Shown here: positions 1 to 10,985 of the stretch, in pieces | How the letters are laid out: each line of letters starts with the position of its first letter | How positions within the stretch are numbered: the stretch's first letter is position 1 | Assembly: GCA_054661495.1 (NCBI GenBank) | Contig: BAAFSQ010000290.1 | Coordinates: 1-12,457 of the forward strand | Length of the DNA stretch: 12,457 nucleotides | Origin: Zygophlyctis sp. KS116 | Taxonomy: Eukaryota > Fungi > Chytridiomycota | Reading direction: 5' to 3' | The notes under the pieces: model-generated | The model's input: the letters and a program-made list of their open reading frames with translations, nothing else | Told to the model about the DNA's origin: nothing | The model's database searches: none | Position numbers and translations under genes: made by a program

Positions 1-864
1 CCTGTTCAAGTTTCAGCGACTCAACACAAAAGTAAATTTGGAGAATTGAAAGAATTATGTCTTCAAACAGATGTTGTGTGGGCTCTTTATTATGAAAAAC
101 TTGCAGATTCTTATGAATGTCGACTAGAGTTGACAAAGAACCGCAAAAAGTTGGGTCAATTCCTAGGTGAGGGCTCAACAAAGTCTAAATCAAAAAATAA
201 TGCGTCATTATTGGCTTTTGAAGGCTGGAAAGAAATGATTGAAACTTTCGAATTACCCCAGGTTTCCTCTATTCCTGAAAATGAATCTTTACAAATTTCA
301 GCTATTCAGCAAACTGATTTATTTACAAGGCTTCAAGAACTCTCTCAGCAAAACAATCTTGAATGGGCTCTTAATTATGAAAAACAGGGTGATAATGTTG
401 AATGTCAATTGACCTTGTCGACAAATGATGGTCGCAAAAGATTAGAACTTGGTAATTTTAAAGCCAGGGGTTCTTCTAAATCTGTTGCAAAAAATAATGC
501 TGTTTTGTTGGCTATTGAAAATTGGAATGGAATAATGCGAAATTTACAATTCCAAGAAGACACGTCATCAGTTGATGAGACAAGAAGTGATTCACTTGTT
601 GTTACTGATTCTTCTCCAACTCATCATTCTGATGTTTTGAAACTTCTCCAGGAACTATGCAGCCGAAACGATATTGAATGGGGTTTCAATTATGAAAAGG
701 CTAGCGGTTCCGTTGAATGTAGACTCACATTGACAGCAAAAGACGGAAAACAAAGGTTGCAAGTTGGAAATTTTACAGCGCGGGAGCCTTCAAAGGTTCA
801 GTCAAGAAAAATTGCTGCATCCAGGGCTATTGAAGATTGGGGTAAAATAATTCAAGCCTTCTAG
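1..864 (+). CDS. 5'-truncated protein with three tandem double-stranded RNA-binding-domain (dsRBD/DSRM)-like repeats
   Basis: Frame is open from base 1 (PVQVSATQHKSKFGELKELC...), so the TTG at 46 is not the real start; TAG at 862-864. Three ~65-aa repeats (about 46-228, 331-525, 646-840) share L(Q/K)EL..W..(N/Y)YEK....EC.L.L...G.F....(S/T)K..(A/S)(K/R)..A...A.E.W, matching the alpha-beta-beta-beta-alpha dsRBD pattern, and are separated by Ser/Thr/acidic linkers. Confidence 0.7.
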   Translation, partial: PVQVSATQHKSKFGELKELCLQTDVVWALYYEKLADSYECRLELTKNRKKLGQFLGEGSTKSKSKNNASLLAFEGWKEMIETFELPQVSSIPENESLQISAIQQTDLFTRLQELSQQNNLEWALNYEKQGDNVECQLTLSTNDGRKRLELGNFKARGSSKSVAKNNAVLLAIENWNGIMRNLQFQEDTSSVDETRSDSLVVTDSSPTHHSDVLKLLQELCSRNDIEWGFNYEKASGSVECRLTLTAKDGKQRLQVGNFTAREPSKVQSRKIAASRAIEDWGKIIQAF

Positions 865-1005
865 TCATTGATTTACTCTCAAGTTAATAAATCGAATAGT
901 TCTTAAAGTATTAATAAGTTCAAGTCATCAAAGAAAAATCGAAAACATAATCTTTGGAAACAAACATATATTTTTCCATGATATTTTTAAAATGTTACTC
1001 TACAT

Positions 1006-3097
<2,092 letters not shown>

Positions 3098-3239
3098 GAG
3101 TATTTCTATTAAAAGATTTTCGGACTTATGTTAATTAACGTTGAGGCGGATCTATCTTTCGGACATGTCTAATATTGATTATTGATTTTAATTTGATGTT
3201 TACAAGATCCGACTCCTATTTGATCTTTATAAAAAAGAA
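3098..3239. promoter_or_regulatory. 142-bp divergent (bidirectional) promoter region between RIC8 and the lyase-like gene
   Basis: Head-to-head ATGs at 3097(-) and 3240(+). Contains TTCGGAC twice (3119-3125, 3158-3164) and palindromes GTTAATTAAC (3130-3139) and GACATGTC (3162-3169). Confidence 0.55.
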
Positions 3240-4648
3240 ATGGTCTCCTCTGGTATGAGCAAGCTTCTTCTAATTGTATTATCATTTACATTTTGTAGCG
3301 CACTTGTTTGGCCAATTGATTCTAAAGGAAATCCCGTACCAGGATCTATTAGAACTTTCTTTATGAATCCAGTTAATTTATGGAACAATCGAGAGTTGTA
3401 TTCTCAAGGGTATCGCCAGCTAAATCCTGCCATCAATAGAGTCATTCGGAGATGTACCGGAGCTCTAAATGATAATAATACTTATTCTGTTACTGCAAAA
3501 AATGGCAATCAAATGGCACCTTCAAATGATCCCCATGATTATTATTCTCTTGCCCGTTATTTCTGGCCAAATGCTTCTGCTCCTAATGGATTACCGTACA
3601 TGAGGGCTGATGGGTACATTAATCCAGAAATCTATTTGATTCCAGATCCTGCATATGTATCAGTAATGTTTAATGATATTCAAGTATGCTCATTGGCTTA
3701 TTTCTTTTCTAGAAACGAAACTTATGCTCAAGTTGCTACACGGCGTATCCGTGATTGGTTTTTGAATCCGAATACTTATATGAATCCAAACTTACAATTT
3801 GCTAATTGGGTAAAGGGAACACCAATGACAATTGCAACTGGGAATGTAACAGGAATATCAGTATCATCACAATCTGGTGGTTTATTGGGTATTTTAAATG
3901 ATCTAAAATTCTAGATTTTGTAATGATGCCATATCTGATTGATTCGATTGGACTCTTGGTCAATTCAAAATCTTTTACAAGTAGTGATTATCAAGGAATG
4001 GCTTCATGGCTTGGAAAATATCTGGGTTGGCTAAGGAATAGCTCCAGAGGAATATCGGAGTCACAATCACCAAATAATCAAGGAACATGGTATGATGTTC
4101 AAGTTGTTTCAATTCTGTTATTTTTGGGGCAAATCGATGAAGCAGGAAATGTTATTGCAAAATCTACGCTTCCCAGAATGATCTCTCAATTCCTGCCTGA
4201 TGGCTCACAGCCCCTGGAGCAAGCACGTACATTAAGTTGGCTTTACTCTTGCTATAATTTAAAGGCTTTGTTCTTTGTATCATACTTGGCTCAGTCCACA
4301 AAAGTCAATCTCTTTCAGTATCAAGATGACCAAGGTAGATCAATTGTCAAAGGCTTGAATTATCTTCTCCCCTATGCAACGACCAATGGGACAAACTGGC
4401 CAATTCAAAATTTAGGAGATTTTGATCCAGACACAGTAATACAATTATCAAAGGAAGCATATGTGATTTATCGGGATAGTTCGTACATAGATACGGTCAA
4501 TCGATTACAAAATGGAATTCCAAAAACTTCCAATATATACAGACTGTGGAGTCCTTATATGGCATTCGATAATATTCGATCTGCTGCAAAGTCTACCAAG
4601 AATGTCTTTTGGTTAAGTCTTTCATTGGTATTGTTGTGTGTTTTATGA
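3240..4648 (+). CDS. Secreted, probably GPI-anchored polysaccharide-lyase-like protein (Alginate_lyase PF05426, PL38/PL5-type alpha/alpha toroid), ~460 aa, 2 exons: join(3240..3888,3915..4648)
   Basis: Motifs SVTAK, PSNDPHDYYSLARYFWP, GLPY..ADG..NPE, WFL.P.T.MNPNL.FA, GLLD (restored by 26-nt intron 3889-3914), NNQGTWYDVQ, DGSQPLEQART.SW.YS.YNL. N-terminal signal peptide (MSKLLLIVLSFTFCSA); C-terminal small residues plus hydrophobic tail (RSAAKSTKNVFWLSLSLVLLCVL*). Confidence 0.88.
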
Positions 4649-4650
4649 TC

Positions 4651-4656
4651 AATAAA
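4651..4656 (+). terminator. Putative polyadenylation signal AATAAA of the lyase-like gene
   Basis: Lies 2 nt after the TGA in the 18-nt convergent spacer. Similar AATAAA hexamers follow other stops: 886-891(+), 10934-10939(+), 10980-10985(-), 9264-9269(-), 11824-11829(-). Confidence 0.5.
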
Positions 4657-4666
4657 AGTGTATTAT

Positions 4667-7600
4667 CTAAGATTTTTTTCCTACATAAGCTAATCTGGCA
4701 ATCTCAACTAGATCATTGAATTCTCCACTTTCTTTGCACATGGAATTAAAGATTCCGGCCCGTTTTATCAAGTCATATGGGTGTCCATTTTCCTTTACCT
4801 CACCTTGATCAAATACAACGATTCGGTCATAGTCCATTACAGTCCTGATTTTAAAAATTAATATATACCTCAATCGATGAGCTACTGTTAAAACAGTCCC
4901 ATGATTAAATTGCGAACGGATTGTTTCTTGAATTTTGGAGTCTGTATCTCGATCTACAGATGCAGTTGCTTCATCCAAAAAAATTATCTTGCTTTTTCTC
5001 AAAAGTGCTCGAGCTAAACATAGAATATTCCGTTGTCCTTGAGAAAAGTTGGAGCCATTCTCTTCAACTCGATCTTCTAAAGATAACTTTTGCCCTATTG
5101 ATGGATCCTTGGCATCATGCTTTTGTAGAGTATCCATAAAATGAGATAATCTTAGTGCCTGCCATATATCTGCGTCACGATGCTCACCAGTTGCATCCAA
5201 ATTAGACCGGATAGTTCCTTTAAGTTAATTGATTGGTGCGTTTTACCTTCAAATAACGTGGCATCCTGTGCAATTACGGTCAAATTCGAGCGTAGATCCT
5301 TCAGTCCAATCTTGCTTATATCTATAGAGTCAATTTCAATCGTGCCAGAATCAAAAGGCAGGATTCTAAACAAAGCCAAAGACAAGGTACTCTTCCCCGC
5401 TCCAGTTCTACCAACAATACCAACTTTTTCTTGAGAGTTGACAGTGAAAGATACATTTCGTAAAACTAAAGGTGAACTTTTATCATATCGAATAGACAGG
5501 TTCTTGAACTCGATTTTCCCTTGCATAGGCCAGTAAGACGGAGGACGAAAGTCTTCCACAATCGCTGCTGGCTCTTGAGTAATCTGTGAATATTCTTCAA
5601 CACGTTCCACCGAGTTCATACTCATTTCCATGTGAGCATGAATTTGAACGATACTACTCATTTTTGATGTGAGCTGATTCGCAAATGTGAAAGCAAGACC
5701 AGCCAATCCAGCTGACACTCCACTGAAAATAACTGATAAGCCTAGATTTAAAAATTTCGCAACTACCTGCTACTGCCACGACCAATCCAGATAGAATAGA
5801 ATTACGGAAATAAAGCCATCTGTTAGTAACGAATAAGTAAAAAAATGCTCGGTGATTAGAATCCACTTTATCCTGCATTTGTAACGCAAGGCGCCGTTGA
5901 GAACCATACGCACGAATAGTTTGTATACCATTTATCATTTCGCTGAACTGGGCATATATTGGGGATGAACTAACACTTTCGATTCTCTTAAGCTCTCTTG
6001 AAGAACTTAGATAAATCCTAGCAAACCAGCTATAAAAGAATTGAAGAACAATTGCGAAAAGAAATACGGGAGTAACATAGCTGACAATTATTAAGCTGGA
6101 AACTGCAGAAAATATCAACGTCCCAAATCGAATAACTGTCCACATAACTCCTGTATCAATTTCTGACAAATCCTTACTAAACCTGTTAATTAAACGGCCA
6201 ATTGGAGTCGTCTCAAAAAATCTTAGTGGAGCTCCTAAAACTGCTTCCAAAAGAGTATGATGCAATAGTTTAGACGCATGCCATCCTCCATAAAACTGAA
6301 CAACATATTGAATAATATTCGCCAGCATTTCGATAAAGCAAATTATTCCAAAAATGCCAATATAATACAGTGATGTATGTTCCGTCCCTATTTGATTGCT
6401 ATCTGTCCATTGCTGTATCCACCATGTTTCAAGAAAAGAAGCCCCTGTGGTAATTGAGAAAGCGACGGAAATCCAAAATATAAATTGCCAGCCTCCACAT
6501 GCTTTTAAATAAGCAATATATGTTCCAAATTTAATGGCTCCAGTTGCTTTTCCTTCTTTATCTACTAAATTGGTGCCTTCTGCTGAGACAGTCATATCAG
6601 AGGCGGAGTCTTGTTTAACAGTACCCCCAAGTGATGCTTCAGTAGAATCAGATACCAATTCCAAAACATCAACATTTTGTAGAACTTCTTTGGGCGGTCC
6701 AGATGTTTGTATCGAGCCATTATGTAGCACTACCACAAAATCTGAGTGTGGAAGTACCAAACTTGCCGAATGACTAACAAGTAAAATTGTTCGACCTCTT
6801 AAAGATCCCAAAATACATTTTTCAAATAAGTGACGAGCCGTGGGAGAGTCCACAGCAGACAAAGGATCATCCAAAAGAATAAAGGAAGCTCTAGAATAAG
6901 CCGCCCTAGCTAAAGAGATACGCTGCTTCTGACCGCCAGACAAGTTGATCCCCTTCTCTCCAATTTCAGTCAAATCTCCACCTTCTAAAAGTTTCAAATC
7001 CCTGATTAATGCACAAGCTTCTAAAGTTTTCATGTATCTTTCAGCTTCGTATGGCTCTCCAAAAAGAATATTATCCCTAACTGTAGCATTTAACAGCCAA
7101 GATGCCTGTGATACATATGCTATACCGTGATGAAGTAGTTCACCTTCTCTCATATTAAAGGCATTCACATTTGGCACCAAAATTTCCCCATCGATTTTTT
7201 TCATTTCTAATATCGTTATTTGTTAAATAAAGATTACCACCAAGAATAGAAAGTATAAGAGATGTCTTTCCTGATCCGGTTGGTCCAACAATGCATGATA
7301 GCTTTCCTATAGGGAATTCAACATTGATATTTTTGAGCTGGAATAGAGGTTGTCGATTATATTCTGGATTATCCAAGAGATTAGATTGCTCATTCAGCGT
7401 TTTTTCAGTATTTTTTTCACTCATATAATACTGATAGCTGGCGTTTGATAAGGCAAGCTTTGTGCTGGTATTTAATTTCGTATCTTCGTTTTTGAGAAAT
7501 CTCGAATTGTCAATTTCTTCTTCGTCCAAAAACTTTTGGATTCTACTTATAGAGAGCCTTATATTCATCACCTCTGATACAACTTGACTTATATCGTTTA

Positions 7601-9244
7601 GCACCCACGTCACAGTTCCAAGCAAAGATATACAAGTAAATGCCGTCGCTGCGTCTAAAGTATGCTCAAATATGATAGTATACGTAAATAAGCTGGTAAA
7701 CACTACCAAAATACTAGATCCCCAGCCTACCATCCATAATGCAACCCATCCAAGTAGTCCATATATACGAGATGCCAATTCTGATTCTCTCGCCATCCTA
7801 ATCTTTTTCAAGAATTGGCTTTCCCATGACATGTATTTAATTATTCTTATCCCTTGTAACGCTTCGTTAGTATATTGGATCCGTTTATCTCTAAGAATTT
7901 TCGTCTTTTTAAAGATCTTATATGTCCATTTCATAACCAGACCCGAAATGGGACTACTGATCACTATCACGGATAATCCAATCAAAGCAGAAGGACCAAG
8001 AAGGACAAGCAATCCAGCTATGCCAATGATTATTGTTAGAGGATTATCAATCAATGGACGATGTAAATCCACCAAAAAACTATTATTAATATTTCAACCA
8101 AATCATACTTTCGTATTTCCCCAACATCTGACGACATCAAAGATACAACCTTTCCAGTAGATGCATAGGAATCATCATCATCATCCTCATCCGTACTTTT
8201 TGATGAGGTAGCTAAAGCTCTGCGCAAACTTTTTGCTAAAATCTCATGAACTAGCACTGCTCTGATCTGCATTCCCCATTTTCTTCCAGAAAGTTCAATT
8301 TGAGAATTAAGAACTGCCTTAACAATATTTGCGATAAACATTCCAACTATTAGGATTATCCCATCTCTCACATTTTCGCGTCCATTAGATTGAATGAATT
8401 TCAATATCAAATTCATAAAAAATGGGTTGGCAAAATCCAGCGTTGTTGTTAGTACAGACAGAGTCACTTGAAAAATCCCAAATGATTTCGTAAATCGTAG
8501 TAAAGACCAAATTATATGATCTGTTGACTTTTTAAATTCTGTCCAATTCCGTATAACATTCCCCATTTGATCAGACTCTGTCAAATGCGGAAGATCCTCT
8601 TCTTCTAAGGGCTTCTCCCTTCCTAATTTTAAGAGAGGATTCGCCCAGGAAAATGTCAGATACGAGAGCATTGAACATCTATGCTCTAGAGACACCTAAG
8701 AATAATCAAGAAATTAGATTTACCATTCTTCCATCTATAATAACTTCCCCTGATTCATCGTATATAGCTACTCTAGTCAATTCAGATATAAATAGTAAAA
8801 ACCAAGAAACGGCAATTAAAGTTGGCAAGACAGCTAAAAAATCATGTATGGGATTAGCAATTATCCTTTCTGCATGATAAATTAGATTCAAGATTTGACC
8901 TGATACCACTAGAAAGTAGGCCCCAATAATCGCTGAAGAGTATGATAACCAAATATACACTACCAATCCAATCAACTTATTTCAATTTTTAAATTTCTTA
9001 CAGATAATATCAAATTCAAAACATTAGTTATTACCTCAGAGAGAGGACAAGAGGCTTGTATTTGAACATACAGACGAATACACAATAGAAGAACCAGAGG
9101 CAAATATATCACTCCTTCTAATCCATTAGATCCTTTGGACTTTGACTGGTAAAACAGGGATATAATAGTCAGTAAGATCGCAATCGAGGACAATGATGTT
9201 ACAGTCCATGGATTCTCAATCAAGCCAAAAAGATCCAACGCCAT
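4667..9244 (-). CDS. Full-length ABCC/MRP-type ABC transporter (Ybt1/Bpt1-like; N-terminal TM extension-TMD1-NBD1-TMD2-NBD2), ~1461 aa, 8 exons: complement(join(4667..4844,4869..5217,5247..5741,5767..7206,7238..8079,8109..8695,8724..8975,9002..9244))
   Basis: NBD1: [30 protein letters not shown]2: [27 protein letters not shown]. Lasso-like [13 protein letters not shown] and [17 protein letters not shown] are also present. Introns 8976-9001 (26), 8696-8723 (28), 8080-8108 (29), 7207-7237 (31), 5742-5766 (25), 5218-5246 (29) and 4845-4868 (24) each join the flanking frames; summed exons = 4386 nt, in frame. Confidence 0.95.
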
Positions 9245-9267
9245 TTTAACAAGAACCGCAACCTTTA

Positions 9268-9972
9268 TTAACTAAATGATTGATGGTATTGATTCATCTC
9301 ATTTTTCTTTCTTTCTACTTGAATCTGCTCCCAGTTTGGAACTGAATCAAATGTCCGGAACCGGCGATTCTTCCTCCATTGTTTATAATGCGGAAGGCCG
9401 AAATATATTCCTGCAATGGCTAAAGCTGCACAAAAAAGTGAAACGGTTATTATAATTGTTGTCAATTTACCATCTGCAGATTGTACATTACTTGAATCAC
9501 CTCTATTTGCGTCTTGTAAATCTGCGACTGGTTTATTCTTTGTCTTTTCTATAGTTTGACTTGGTATTATTCCAGTATCTATACTTGAAGATGAATCAGG
9601 AGTAGAGCTATTTATGGCCTCTGTTTTCGCTGGAGTGCCTGCTGTATTCAAATTCATATTACGTTCACCTTTAGATGCATTAGTATTTATTTGCGACAGA
9701 GGACTGATGGGTTTAGAATCAATTCCAAGTGCATTATCACTAATTGCACCTTTAGGACCTTTTGCTGCTTTTGGCGAGCCTTTTCGAGAACCTTTAGGAC
9801 CTATTATAGCCTGCATTCCTTTAGGAGCTAGAATATTTGGTAATGGATCTATATTTCGTCTACTCATTGAAATGCCACCAGGAATCACAATCTTATCGGG
9901 TGCATCTTTAACATTTCCCAAGGCTGTAGCGATTATTCCAAGAATGTAAATGTATATTAACATCTTTTTCAT
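9268..9972 (-). CDS. Hypothetical type I single-pass membrane protein (~234 aa)
   Basis: First ATG at 9972 (alternative 9963). Signal peptide MLIYIYILGIIATALG, low-complexity P/K/G then S/T/N ectodomain, TM IIITVSLFCAALAIAGIYFGL, basic stop-transfer KQWRKNRRFR, short tail, and tandem TAATAA stop. Confidence 0.75.
   Translation of the reverse strand: MKKMLIYIYILGIIATALGNVKDAPDKIVIPGGISMSRRNIDPLPNILAPKGMQAIIGPKGSRKGSPKAAKGPKGAISDNALGIDSKPISPLSQINTNASKGERNMNLNTAGTPAKTEAINSSTPDSSSSIDTGIIPSQTIEKTKNKPVADLQDANRGDSSNVQSADGKLTTIIITVSLFCAALAIAGIYFGLPHYKQWRKNRRFRTFDSVPNWEQIQVERKKNEMNQYHQSFS
9749..9829 (-). repeat. Three short direct repeats CCTTTAGGA(C/G)CT encoding (G/A)PKG
   Basis: Copies at 9749-9760, 9791-9802 and 9818-9829. 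Confidence 0.7.
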
Positions 9973-10184
9973 AATTTGTAGAGACAAGACCGCAAAGGGG
10001 AGTTTCAAAAGATATCAGACATCTCAAAGATTGATTTGTACTTTTTAATATTTATGAATTAAGTAATGATTTTATTTTCAAGTTTAGATATTTAAGAATA
10101 CATGTATTTATATACTATTCCCAACATGATATGTTCAATAGTTCAACTAGTAAGTGAACGCAACCCGTAGGCCTTGCCGCTAGA

Positions 10185-10923
10185 ATGAGTTTCAAACGTG
10201 AGGCACGGGATTTGGAGGATAGAATTGAAGCACAGTTACAAACATTTGCCGGTTTACTATCGAAGCAAGACGGTTTGGATTGGGATGGTGTAAATGATAT
10301 GGATCTAGAAATTCAAAAGGAAATTAATAATTTGAGAAATTTAACTCAAGACTCTTCAGTTGATAAAAAAATCGCAGATGATTATTCAAGACATTTGATT
10401 GATTATAATCGTGAGTATCAAAGAGTAAAGGTAGTTGGTTTTAGCAATTAAGATTATAGGCTCTGTTAAATCAAGGTAATTTCAAAGGAATATTCAATTT
10501 TAGCAAAGGAGAGGGAAGATCTGATGGTTTCAATTCAAAAGGATATTCGGTAAGGTTAGTTTTTTTAATTAAATAGATCAAATCAACAGGATGATCAAGC
10601 TTATTTACTGGATGAACGTATTCGGATTGATAAATCAAGAAATGTAGCGGATGATATCTTAGAGTATTTTTATTATACTTAATTTAAGACAAGCGCTGTA
10701 TGCAAGGGATGATCTAGGTAGGCAACGGAGTATTATTTTTGATGGGAGATCTAGAATGGGAAATACTCTAGGTAGGATTTAATAGTAGTTATAAGTAGCT
10801 CGATTTCCAGCACTGAATTCCTTATTGGGGAAAATAAGATTTAGGAAAACTAGAGATTTAATAATTATGAGTCTTTTGATAGCTGGTGGATTTTGTTTCT
10901 TTATTTGGTATTTCTTGATGTAG
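10185..10923 (+). CDS. GOS1: Golgi SNAP receptor GOS1/GOSR1 (Qb-SNARE), 200 aa, 6 exons: join(10185..10430,10460..10475,10504..10549,10577..10663,10689..10771,10799..10923)
   Basis: KREARDLEDRIEAQL N-terminus; spliced AKEREDLMVSIQKDI, YLLDERIRIDKSRNVADDILEQALYARDDLGRQR, RFPALNSLLGKIRFRKTRD and a C-terminal TM anchor. Introns 10431-10459 (29), 10476-10503 (28), 10550-10576 (27), 10664-10688 (25), 10772-10798 (27). Mostly missed by the ORF track. Confidence 0.93.
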
Positions 10924-10985
10924 CCGAGCTTGTAATAAAATCTCTCAGTGATCAAGTAAAAGTATTGATGAAATCGAATTTTATT

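Noticed and set aside
6860-6880. Asp instead of the catalytic Glu after Walker B in NBD1 (LLDD)
   Set aside because: This is the normal degenerate site of ABCC-family transporters.
4921-8877. Plus-strand ORFs 4921-5139, 5180-5434, 6534-6773, 6945-7130, 7672-8160 and 8653-8877
   Set aside because: Antisense shadows of the ABC transporter exons with no recognisable motifs.
9614-9949. Plus-strand 111-aa ORF
   Set aside because: Antisense shadow of the minus-strand membrane protein, which has a coherent signal peptide-TM architecture.
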